From NCBI GenBank assembly GCA_964510635.1, contig CAZEBS010000007.1:22386-86385 (forward strand): DNA of 64,000 bases, written 5' to 3'. The notes beneath the pieces are model-generated. The model did no database searches. It was given only the letters and a program-made list of their open reading frames with translations, and was not told the origin of the DNA. Below, piece by piece: positions 53,070 to 61,022 of this stretch. Made by a program: the position numbers and the translations under genes. Positions within the stretch are counted from its first letter, which is position 1; every line of letters starts with the position of its first letter. This DNA is from an uncultured Candidatus Bathyarchaeia archaeon. GTDB lineage: Archaea > Thermoproteota > Bathyarchaeia > Bathyarchaeales > Bathyarchaeaceae.

Positions 53070-54167
53070 ATGTCACAATCAACACATGAAATGAAAGAAT
53101 TAGAAAGACAGTTGATTCTCGCGCGTGCAAACATGCGTGCAGATCAAGAAAAATTAGAATCATTAGCGGCGGCTTCAAAGCCTTCCGTCATGGCGGTGGG
53201 CATTGGAGGAGCCGGATGTAACATCATCACTTGGGTGAAACAAGAGGGGGTAACTGGCGGCAGGCTCATTTCTGTTAACACTGACGCAACCCACCTAGCA
53301 ATTAGCGAAGCTGACAGACGAATTTTGATAGGCGAAAAAACCTGTAAAGGTCTTGGATGTGGAGGCTACCCAAAAGTTGGAGAACAAGCGATGGCTGAAA
53401 GCATTCAAGAAGTCTTCGGTGAAATTTCTAAAGCAAACATTCTATTTATTGTAGCTGGTTTAGGTGGAGGCACTGGAACAGGGGGCGTCGTTGAACTAGC
53501 AAGAGAATTACGCAAAAGATTCGCAAATGACCCAATTCCACGTTTAGTTATTGGTGTAGCAACACTTCCGTTCCAGATTGAAACTGCAAGAATGAGCGCG
53601 GCAAAAGCCGCGATAGGGCAACTTAAACAATACTGTGACACAGTTGTTATAATCGACAACGATAGGCTTAATCATCTTGCAGGTGGCCTGCCGTTCAAGG
53701 AAGCTTTGGGTGTAGCCAACACAACTATCGGAAAATTCGTTAAGGGAGTAACTGAAACCATCACCACTGCGAGCCTAATCAACCTCGACTACGCTGACTT
53801 GAGGGCAATTATGCACGATGCAGGGCTTGCCTCTATCGGAATCGGCCAAGGAAAAGATGACGGCAAAGTAGAGCATGCTGTTGAAAGAGCTTTGAATGAA
53901 CGCCTGCTTGACGTTGAAGACATCACAAAGGCTCGTGGAGTATTGATACACATCTCAGGTGGAGATGACATGACCCTTGAAGAAGTGCACCGTGGAGGAG
54001 AACTGATTAAACGATATATGCCACCCAACTCGAAAGTCATCTGGGGCGCAAAGGTTGATCCAAACTTGAAAGGTAGCGCTAACGTCATGGTAGTCATAAC
54101 CGGAGTAGACAGCGCATTCCTTAAAACTCAGAAAAAACGTCTTGGTGGTTTCAAACTACCCTGGTAA
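53070..54167 (+). CDS. ftsZ: Cell division GTPase FtsZ (tubulin/FtsZ family)
   Basis: GIGGAGCN, the signature AGLGGGTGTGG, and the T7-loop NLDYADLRAIM, with an N-terminal coiled-coil-like 40-aa extension. It differs by eye from the one haloarchaeal FtsZ1 I compared it with from memory (for example a KGLGCGGYP loop). Confidence 0.85.
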   Translation: MSQSTHEMKELERQLILARANMRADQEKLESLAAASKPSVMAVGIGGAGCNIITWVKQEGVTGGRLISVNTDATHLAISEADRRILIGEKTCKGLGCGGYPKVGEQAMAESIQEVFGEISKANILFIVAGLGGGTGTGGVVELARELRKRFANDPIPRLVIGVATLPFQIETARMSAAKAAIGQLKQYCDTVVIIDNDRLNHLAGGLPFKEALGVANTTIGKFVKGVTETITTASLINLDYADLRAIMHDAGLASIGIGQGKDDGKVEHAVERALNERLLDVEDITKARGVLIHISGGDDMTLEEVHRGGELIKRYMPPNSKVIWGAKVDPNLKGSANVMVVITGVDSAFLKTQKKRLGGFKLPW

Positions 54168-54372
54168 ACACCAAAAACTGAAATCTCGAACCGTTTATGA
54201 GGCTCCTTTGGGTCTCATCCCTTTTTTCAATAAAACGCGACAAATTTTCTTTCTTTCTGTTTCACCCTCAAGACACAATAAAACAGCTCAATATCTTGCA
54301 GGGTGTCTTATAGCAACCTTAATAGCCATAATAGGACCTACGTACAGAACTTACTGGTTGGTGTGATTTGCT

Positions 54373-55416
54373 TTGAACCGAAAATTTATGTTACCACTAT
54401 TTCTTGTGCTTGTTGTCACGCTTTTTTCAGGTGTAGAATTTGCTTCAGCTGCAGGAAACGTTGGCGTAGTTATGGGGCAGACCGCTGAATACACCTACGC
54501 TATCAGTGGAACTATACGGGACAGTAACGGTAGCTTAACTGAGTCAATGCCCTTCAATGTTGCTTACATTGAGAAGATCACGATTGTGCAGGTCACTGGG
54601 ACCAATGTTACTTTTCAGTTTGAAAGGGATATGCTTAATGGAACTACTGAGTCAGGCACGTCGTGGGTGGATGTGAGTAATGGAAACGGCACTGGATATT
54701 TTGTTGTTGTTTCAGCAAACGCTGGTGCAGGTGACATGTTGTATCCAAATTGGGTGAATAGTGAGCTAACTACCGAGGGAGCCCCAGTGGTTAACGAAAC
54801 TGTTTCCTTGATGTATAGGGGTGAGGCTATAGAAGCCTGTCATCTAAGTTATGTGTATGATATTGAGGATCAGACCTATTCTGAAGACTATTATTGGGAG
54901 AAGTCGACGGGGTTAATGCTTAAATGGGAATTAAAGGGTTCAGAAGTTGTTGATGACTCGTTGGAAACTTTGAACATTCATTTTCAGAAAATTGGTCTAG
55001 AGAATGAATTCTGTCCCTTCATTGACGACGAAGAATATCAAGTGAAGGTGGACAGCGGCTCCACCATATTAGGGTTCGAGTTTAATCAAACCGAGAAAAA
55101 GATGAGCTTGAATGTGAGCGGGTTGAGCGGAACCTCTGGATATTGTGATGTTTGGGTTCCTGAGGGTTTGCTTTGGGGCACTTTCTCCTTGAAGATGGAT
55201 GGATACCCCTTAGTGGAAGGTGATAACTATAACATAACACATGAAGGAGCATATTACAAGTTTGACATCGCTTATATTCACAGTAGCCACAGCATCGAAA
55301 TCGTAGGCTCTCAGGTTATTCCCGAGTTTCAGGCATGGATGGTTCTGCCCCTGTTCATTGCAGCAACGTTAATGGCGGTTATGCTCTATCGGAAACGGCT
55401 TCAGGTCCGGCAGTAG
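54373..55416 (+). CDS. Secreted protein with a PEF-CTERM-like archaeosortase sorting signal
   Basis: N-terminal signal peptide (LPLFLVLVVTLFSGVEFASA). The C-terminus VIPEFQAWMVLPLFIAATLMAVMLYRKRL consists of P-E-F, a TM helix and a basic tail. TTG start. Confidence 0.55.
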   Translation: MNRKFMLPLFLVLVVTLFSGVEFASAAGNVGVVMGQTAEYTYAISGTIRDSNGSLTESMPFNVAYIEKITIVQVTGTNVTFQFERDMLNGTTESGTSWVDVSNGNGTGYFVVVSANAGAGDMLYPNWVNSELTTEGAPVVNETVSLMYRGEAIEACHLSYVYDIEDQTYSEDYYWEKSTGLMLKWELKGSEVVDDSLETLNIHFQKIGLENEFCPFIDDEEYQVKVDSGSTILGFEFNQTEKKMSLNVSGLSGTSGYCDVWVPEGLLWGTFSLKMDGYPLVEGDNYNITHEGAYYKFDIAYIHSSHSIEIVGSQVIPEFQAWMVLPLFIAATLMAVMLYRKRLQVRQ

Positions 55417-55498
55417 AAAATCTTGAGGACAAAGTAGCCGCTGTTTACTCCACAACATTGGAGCATCACAAGGAACTCGCCTAAAGTGGCGTTCAGTT

Positions 55499-56116
55499 TC
55501 ATTTTTCGTTTACTAATTCGGTGATGCCGCTCTTCCATGCTTGCGCAGTCTTTTCATTGATGGCTGTTTCGTCAAGTTCTGGAAAAATGCCGTGCAACAG
55601 TTGATGGACTAAAGTGTACATTATTTCAAGAAGCCCCATTGGCGGAGGCGCCTCCTGATTCAGTGCGCCATCAAAGTATTTTTTTGATATTCGAATCTGA
55701 CCCTTCCTGTTAATGTGGGCTCCGCCATCTTTTTGGCATTCTTCGCATGTGCACAGATTACATGAAAAGTAGTAGAGTGCACGAGTTTTCAGTTCACTGT
55801 CCAGTTGTGGTGTCGAATCCAAAACAGCTAGGGCTGAATCGTAAAGGGTGTCCAGAATCTCTTCATCGCTTCGTGCAATCTGGGAAGAATCCAGTAGCCT
55901 GTATAATGCCTTGATGTCCTTGTCAACATTGTGTTTTTCGGTGTAGCTTAACCAGTTTTTGTGGAGGGATTCAGCTGTTTCGAATTCATTTTTTTTCGTT
56001 CTTTCCCACTCCAGTAAAGCATCTTTTTGTTTAACGGCGCGCCTTTTTTGCCAACTCTCTTGTGAAGCATTCTGGGCAAGTATCCAAAGGAAACACTTCA
56101 CAAGACCCATCCTCAA
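55499..56116 (-). CDS. Hypothetical protein. Probably the C-terminal part of a frameshifted gene (see 56031-56183).
   Basis: 205-aa ORF with a TTG start. Its first ~28 codons (CFLWILAQNASQ...) look non-genuine and overlap the zinc-ribbon ORF. Contains CNLCTCEECQ and HQLLHG. Confidence 0.4.
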   Translation of the reverse strand: MRMGLVKCFLWILAQNASQESWQKRRAVKQKDALLEWERTKKNEFETAESLHKNWLSYTEKHNVDKDIKALYRLLDSSQIARSDEEILDTLYDSALAVLDSTPQLDSELKTRALYYFSCNLCTCEECQKDGGAHINRKGQIRISKKYFDGALNQEAPPPMGLLEIMYTLVHQLLHGIFPELDETAINEKTAQAWKSGITELVNEK

Positions 56117-56183
56117 GCATTATCTTCATAACATCATCGTCGCCCAACTCTGCGCCACAGCAGACACACTTACGCTTACCCAA
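56031..56183 (-). CDS. Small zinc-ribbon ORF (50 aa), possibly the N-terminus of the downstream ORF
   Basis: My translation from the TTG at 56183 is (M)GKRKCVCCGAELGDDDVMKIMLEDGSCEVFPLDTCPECFTRELAKKARR*. It carries CxxC...CxxC. It lies just 3' of tRNA-Gln on the same strand and overlaps the 205-aa ORF by 86 nt in another frame. Confidence 0.35.
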   Translation of the reverse strand: MGKRKCVCCGAELGDDDVMKIMLEDGSCEVFPLDTCPECFTRELAKKARR

Positions 56184-56223
56184 ACCAAATAACCCCAAAT
56201 ATTCCTTTAACTTGTGAATCAGT

Positions 56224-56299
56224 TGGTAGCCCGGGGGAGATTCGAACTCCCGTCAGGGGCTCCAGAGGCCCCCATGATTGACCGCTACACCACCGGGCT
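56224..56299 (-). tRNA. tRNA-Gln (anticodon CUG), CCA encoded
   Basis: The minus strand reads AGCCCGG-UG-GUGUAGCGGUCAAUCAU-G-GGGGC-CUCUGGA-GCCCC-UGAC-GGGAG-UUCGAAU-CUCCC-CCGGGCU-A-CCA. It has a 7-bp acceptor stem with A1:U72, a 5-bp anticodon stem, anticodon CUG, and the T-loop UUCGAAU. Length is 76 nt. Confidence 0.85.
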
Positions 56300-56584
56300 A
56301 TGTTTTTGCCATCCTACAGGAAAAGTTCGGTTCTCACTAATAAATCTCTCATCCCATTTTATGGAAAAACAGGTGAAAACTGAGGTCTGTGTACATATTA
56401 TTTTACTTGATAGCACGTACTGGATGACAAATCGTAATGCTTATATATTAAGTCATAACCTCAGGGTATCTACGGCGGGTCCAGATGCACGTTTCTGAAC
56501 CCTAAATGGAAGGCAAATCACGCTAGAAACGGAATTCTCGCCAGAAAAAAAGCCGAGAGGCGATAAGCAACGCAAAAAAAGGAT

Positions 56585-57502
56585 ATTTCCCATAGAACAA
56601 ACGAAAAATGTCCAGAATGTGGAAGTCCTAATCTTATCCACGACTATGATACGGGAGAAACCATCTGCGGAGGCTGCGGTCTGGTTGTTCGGGAACAAAT
56701 GATGGACAAAGGTCCAGAATGGCGAGCCTTTACTCAAGAAGAAAAAGCCTCCAGAAGCCGTGTAGGCGTACCCACATCATATTCTGTTCATGACAAAGGA
56801 TTATCCACAGCCATAGGACGAGTGGACAGGGACGCCTTCGGACGCAAACTTCCTCTCTCCACGAGACTGCAGATGTGGAGACTACGGAAGTGGCAGATAC
56901 GATCACGTGTTCACTCTTCTATAGACAGGAATCTTGCCCAAGCCATGGCAGAACTGGATCGTCTTTCCGACAAATCATACATTCCAGGTCCAGTAAAAGA
57001 GAAAGCCGCAATCATCTACCGCAAGGCTTTAGACAAGGGTTTGGTGCGGGGCAGATCAATTGCAGCCATCGCCGCTGCCTCACTGTATGCTGCCTGCAGA
57101 ACCACTGGAACCCCCAGAACTCTACGGGAGATAGCTGAAGCCAGTTTTGTGGACAAAAAAGATGTGGCTCGCTGCTACCGTCTGCTACTCAGAGAACTGA
57201 ACGTTCAGATGCCAATCGCTAACCCTCTCACATACGTTTCTAAAATCGCTGAGAGAACAGGCATATCAGGTCAGACTCAGGGTCATGCAATCAAGATTCT
57301 TCATGAAGCTAGGAAAAAACGTGCAGCCGCTGGAAAAGATCCTATGGGGTTGGCTGCTGCTGCATTGTATATTGCGTGTCTTGTGAAGAATGAGAAAAAG
57401 ACTCAGAAGGATATTGCTGAGGCTGCTGGCGTAACTGAGGTTACTGTCCGGAACAGGTACAAGAGTTTGAGAAGACAACTGGGCATAGAGTTGCCCGATT
57501 AG
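56585..57502 (+). CDS. tfb: Transcription initiation factor B (TFIIB homologue). The start codon is non-canonical or unresolved.
   Basis: Zn ribbon CPECGSPNLIHDYDTGETICGGCGLVV (from 56609), B-reader/linker DKGPEWRAF, and two cyclin-fold repeats (RGRSIAAIAAASLYAACR / PMGLAAAALYIACL). The first in-frame ATG (56699) lies after the ribbon. I provisionally place the 5' end at the in-frame ATT at 56585. See findings. Confidence 0.85.
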   Translation: MSHRTNEKCPECGSPNLIHDYDTGETICGGCGLVVREQMMDKGPEWRAFTQEEKASRSRVGVPTSYSVHDKGLSTAIGRVDRDAFGRKLPLSTRLQMWRLRKWQIRSRVHSSIDRNLAQAMAELDRLSDKSYIPGPVKEKAAIIYRKALDKGLVRGRSIAAIAAASLYAACRTTGTPRTLREIAEASFVDKKDVARCYRLLLRELNVQMPIANPLTYVSKIAERTGISGQTQGHAIKILHEARKKRAAAGKDPMGLAAAALYIACLVKNEKKTQKDIAEAAGVTEVTVRNRYKSLRRQLGIELPD

Positions 57503-57735
57503 CTCTCTTTTTCGTCTTTTGTTTTTGTTTGCTCCATCACTATTGGTCCAGTGTAGCCGCATTCTGGACAAATGTATTGGCTAGGAGCTATTCCGTACAG
57601 TCCAGGGTATGTGCTGAGGCTGCTGAGGTATATTTTTTTGCTTCCACATTTGGGGCAAATGTTGATTGTTTCTTCGCCTCGTTCTTTATGTTTCAGTTCC
57701 TTGATTACTTCACGAAAATCGGATAGACGTCCCAT
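57499..57735 (-). CDS. Hypothetical double zinc-ribbon protein
   Basis: 78 aa with CPKCGS...CPECG. Convergent with tfb, with a 4-nt overlap. Confidence 0.45.
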   Translation of the reverse strand: MGRLSDFREVIKELKHKERGEETINICPKCGSKKIYLSSLSTYPGLYGIAPSQYICPECGYTGPIVMEQTKTKDEKES

Positions 57736-57750
57736 CTTGAATCTCTCAGC

Positions 57751-58059
57751 CTATTGGACTTCAACGTTTTCTTCTGGATACCCTTGACGGATAAGGTATT
57801 CCCTTACTTTGTCTCGGTGATCACCCTGCAGAATGATTTCCTCATTTTTTGCGGTTCCGCCGCAGGCACAGAAAGATTTGAGTTTTTGAGCTAACCTGCT
57901 CAGGTTTGCTTCTTTTTCGTTGATGCCGTCGACGATGGTTACCGCTTTTCCCCATTTTCTTGTTTCTAAGCGCACTCGTATTCGTTGTTGCTCTTTCCCT
58001 ATTTCTTCGCAGACACAAATGTCTGAGGGTAGTCCACAGGTTGGGCAAATTTCAGCCAT
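57751..58059 (-). CDS. Translation initiation factor aSUI1 (eIF1 homologue)
   Basis: MAEICPTCGLPSDICVCEE...IRVRLETRKWGKAVTIVDGI...LKSFCACGGTAKNEEIILQGDHRDKV is the SUI1 fold with the archaeal N-terminal Zn knuckle. I prefer the ATG at 58059 over the track TTG at 58068. Confidence 0.85.
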   Translation of the reverse strand: MAEICPTCGLPSDICVCEEIGKEQQRIRVRLETRKWGKAVTIVDGINEKEANLSRLAQKLKSFCACGGTAKNEEIILQGDHRDKVREYLIRQGYPEENVEVQ

Positions 58060-58089
58060 GATACTCAACTAGAAAGGTCCACATTGGGG

Positions 58090-58102
58090 TATATAAGATT
58101 TT
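58090..58102 (-). promoter_or_regulatory. Putative BRE/TATA of the aSUI1 promoter
   Basis: The minus strand reads gAAAATCTTATATAcccc. The TATA (CTTATATA, plus 58090-58097) ends 30 nt upstream of the ATG at 58059, preceded by a purine-rich BRE-like AAAAT (58098-58102). Confidence 0.5.
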
Positions 58103-58111
58103 CAATGTTAT
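58103..58111. repeat. Target-site duplication, left copy (CAATGTTAT)
   Basis: Identical 9-mer in direct orientation at 63766-63774. Each copy abuts the outer end of a terminal inverted repeat. Confidence 0.8.
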
Positions 58112-58135
58112 GATACTGTTAAGTTATTTGTGATG
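58112..58135. repeat. Left terminal inverted repeat GATACTGTTAAGTTATTTGTGATG
   Basis: A 24/24 match to the reverse complement of 63742-63765 (CATCACAAATAACTTAACAGTATC). Confidence 0.85.
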
Positions 58136-58236
58136 AACTAAAGTCTATTGAACCTGTTAACCATTGGGATTTTTTTATTGTGTGACCTTAAGCTTAAATT
58201 TGGTTAATGTAAATAGGACATAAAGGGTATTGTCTG

Positions 58237-58785
58237 TTGGAAGAGAAAGTTCCAGAGAAAGATGTTCTTTGGCGTTTGTATGACGTTGCTTTGAATTTAT
58301 ACAAGTACGTGCATTCAGATGTTTGGGTTGGGCAGAAATATTACACCACTTTGAACATTGGAATAATAAGCATAGCCATTGCGCTGTTAGGGATTCCCCA
58401 CATTCTAGAGGGACCTTATTGGGTCGTAATAATACTCTTTGCAATAGGTATGATAACATCTATATTTGGTTATTTTAGCATTAGGAAATTGCGAGAAGCT
58501 TTTCTGAGTAACATCGCATTTAAAACCATCGTAGAATACTTGTTAAAGGATGAACTCGAATTAAAGAAAAATGATGTATCAGAAAAGCATCAATTGACAC
58601 CATTTTATAGCCTTCCAGAAGAGGATGTTTCTAGTATTCTTAAGTGTCCTGACCTTTGGAAAAAACAAAACATTTTCAGACTTGGTGGTGTTAGTTGTTT
58701 CTTCCTTTTGCTTCAACTAATTTTTGTTATAGTTAACCTTTTTGGGATTTTATTGACTCTCTTGCTGTATTTTGGTTATGTTTGA
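58237..58785 (+). CDS. Hypothetical membrane protein (transposon passenger)
   Basis: 182 aa, TTG start, 3-4 TM (IGIISIAIALLGI, VVIILFAIGMITSIFGYF, and C-terminal VSCFFLLLQLIFVIVNLFGILLTLLLYF). No recognised family. Confidence 0.45.
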   Translation: MEEKVPEKDVLWRLYDVALNLYKYVHSDVWVGQKYYTTLNIGIISIAIALLGIPHILEGPYWVVIILFAIGMITSIFGYFSIRKLREAFLSNIAFKTIVEYLLKDELELKKNDVSEKHQLTPFYSLPEEDVSSILKCPDLWKKQNIFRLGGVSCFFLLLQLIFVIVNLFGILLTLLLYFGYV

Positions 58786-58843
58786 TTAGGTTACGCAAGC
58801 TTTTTGATGGACTAAACTGTCTATCAAACAAGTAACTATGCCT

Positions 58844-60556
58844 TTATTTTGGAACAAGAGCCCATGTTTTCATGGCTATTTTTGCTAGTTGATTTTGTCG
58901 TTCATTAATGTCTTTTGCATCCCACAATGTTTCGTGGTTTGTCATGTCATAGATGCCCTTTGTGATGAGAAGTGGGGATTTTTTAAATTCTACTCGTTTA
59001 GATTGGAAATTAGAATTACCAAAAGTTGAATTAACCTTTGTATTTAGCAATGTCATGTTTCCAATTCTTTTGTGATATGACTCGAAAGTTTCAACATCAA
59101 TATGTGACCAGTTGCTTCCTTTTTCTCGTGGTAAAATATGCTCCAGATTAAGAAAGCTAGTGTCTTCAGAAGGTACCAGTTCTGGCTCTTGGTCTTTCCG
59201 AAGTTGACGTTCCATCGCACGTAAATAATACCTTGCAAGACTGTGTCGAGATACTCTAGCAGTTTCAAATGCTAACTTAAACTCGCCATCTCTTGGAATA
59301 ATATTTGATAAAGCATTCAATAATTCGTTCGTGGTCTTAATTTCACCTAAATATACATCATGTGCTTTTTCTCCATAGGCATCTTCTAATGCACCACCTC
59401 GCATTCCACCCGCTATCAAGAACCTCACCGTCCAAGAAACAAAAGAACGAAACGCTTTTTCCAATTCTTTTGGTTCAAAATGTTGAGCAACAGCAAGCAT
59501 TAAGGGCTGTATTTGGCGTACTTTTAACTCTCTCATTATGTTTATAGCGGTTGGAATTTTTGTTGAAAGACCACTCCATCTTGGATGGGTTGGAGTTACT
59601 ATTGCAACATAAGTGTCGGCGTAATCAGAAATCTTTTCTAGAAAACTGAGTGTGTTGGTTTTACCCCGTACTTCTTTCTTTATTTTTTCGAAAATTTCCT
59701 TTTCTCTTGTTGGACCAAACAAGGTGATAGCTAAATGTCGTAAATACGTCATTACCATGTCTTCTGCCCATGCTGTTTCCAATATGTTTGTCATCTTAGA
59801 CCATTTTGATTGTGCCTCGTTCACTCGAGTACCCGCCTCGCTAAAAAGATAATTCTTCACCAAGTCTGCTTGAGACGTTTTCAGTCCTCTGTCGTTGAGC
59901 GTTTCAAACATCGTAAAAGCGCTTACTTCATCTGGAACTGTAAGAAGAATAATTGTTGCTTTGTTTTCAATGAATTTTGACCATGCAATTAGTGTGTGTT
60001 TTATGTTTTCATCATTCAGTCCACGTATTATGTCTTGAACCAATGTTTCTGCTTTTTGGGCAGCAATATTTATTCTTCTGTGAGATTCTTTTTTCTCTTC
60101 TATATTTTGCCTTTCAGGTCTATTAGGAAGTGCAATAATGCGATTTTTAAAATATTCATTATCATCCATGTTAAGAGTTAATTTTGGAACCACTGTCTCT
60201 TGTTCGAGGTCATATTCACAAAGAAATTGACTCTCAATAGATGTTTGGGCTCGTTCTTGATTTTTGTGAAAATAGTAATCTCTAATTGCAGCCAGCAAAA
60301 TAGTAGTAGTGGCTAATCTCTGTTGCCCATCAACTACAACAGGTATATCTTCAGTTCCTTTTGAAACAACAATTGTACCCAAAAAATAACTTGGCAAGTT
60401 ATTTGTTATAGCACTTCGAAAATCTTGGAATAATTCATCAATTTGTTTATCTCCCCAAGAATACTCACGTTGATTTAGTGGAATCTTAAGCTGTTGCGCT
60501 TTTAACAAAGCGCCAATGCCTTTAAATTCGAAAGGTGGAGGTTGCATAACGTGCAT
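58844..60556 (-). CDS. DUF262 plus DUF1524 protein (GmrSD-like type IV restriction / ParB-like NTPase plus His-Me nuclease)
   Basis: N-terminal IPLNQREYSWGDKQIDELFQDF and VVDGQQRLATTTILLAAI are the DUF262 motifs. C-terminal NLEHILPRE...IGNMTLL...N is the DUF1524 HNH-like motif. 570 aa. Confidence 0.8.
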   Translation of the reverse strand: MHVMQPPPFEFKGIGALLKAQQLKIPLNQREYSWGDKQIDELFQDFRSAITNNLPSYFLGTIVVSKGTEDIPVVVDGQQRLATTTILLAAIRDYYFHKNQERAQTSIESQFLCEYDLEQETVVPKLTLNMDDNEYFKNRIIALPNRPERQNIEEKKESHRRINIAAQKAETLVQDIIRGLNDENIKHTLIAWSKFIENKATIILLTVPDEVSAFTMFETLNDRGLKTSQADLVKNYLFSEAGTRVNEAQSKWSKMTNILETAWAEDMVMTYLRHLAITLFGPTREKEIFEKIKKEVRGKTNTLSFLEKISDYADTYVAIVTPTHPRWSGLSTKIPTAINIMRELKVRQIQPLMLAVAQHFEPKELEKAFRSFVSWTVRFLIAGGMRGGALEDAYGEKAHDVYLGEIKTTNELLNALSNIIPRDGEFKLAFETARVSRHSLARYYLRAMERQLRKDQEPELVPSEDTSFLNLEHILPREKGSNWSHIDVETFESYHKRIGNMTLLNTKVNSTFGNSNFQSKRVEFKKSPLLITKGIYDMTNHETLWDAKDINERQNQLAKIAMKTWALVPK

Positions 60557-60560
60557 TCAA

Positions 60561-60785
60561 TCATCCCATCTTTATTTTTTTAAAAAACTCTATTGGATGT
60601 CCAACGGCTTCCAAATCTTTAATGGCTGCTTGTCTTAGTCTTTGACGTGCCCATGTAGACAGGGGTGTTCCTAAAATTTTAGCTGCGTCTTGAAATGTTT
60701 GCTTTTCGTCACTGTCAAGTCTTATCAGTAGAGTTTCTATCTTTTTGTCTTCTGTCTTTTTTGTTGGTCTTCCTCGTCCAGCCAT
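60561..60785 (-). CDS. Ribbon-helix-helix protein (DUF1778/CopG-like antitoxin-type), upstream partner of the GmrSD-like gene
   Basis: GRPTKK...TLLIRLDSDEKQTFQDAAKILGTPLSTWARQRLRQAA follows the RHH pattern. A perfect SD GGAGGTGA lies 6 nt upstream. Its stop is 4 nt before the GmrSD-like start. Confidence 0.6.
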   Translation of the reverse strand: MAGRGRPTKKTEDKKIETLLIRLDSDEKQTFQDAAKILGTPLSTWARQRLRQAAIKDLEAVGHPIEFFKKIKMG

Positions 60786-61022
60786 TTCTTTTCACCTCCA
60801 AATATTTGTATATTTAACTAATATACTTTTTCTAACTCAAAAGTTTATTGTATAATTTTTAGGCATACAAAAAAGGGATTTTATCACTTTATTTTGATGT
60901 TACCCTTTATTTTGTGTTCCCATTCTTCTTGAGTGATTACACCTTTTTCTTCCAACAATTCAACGAGACTAGTAAGCATTGTATCTAACAAATCAATTTC
61001 AGATGCTAAATCACGTTTGATT

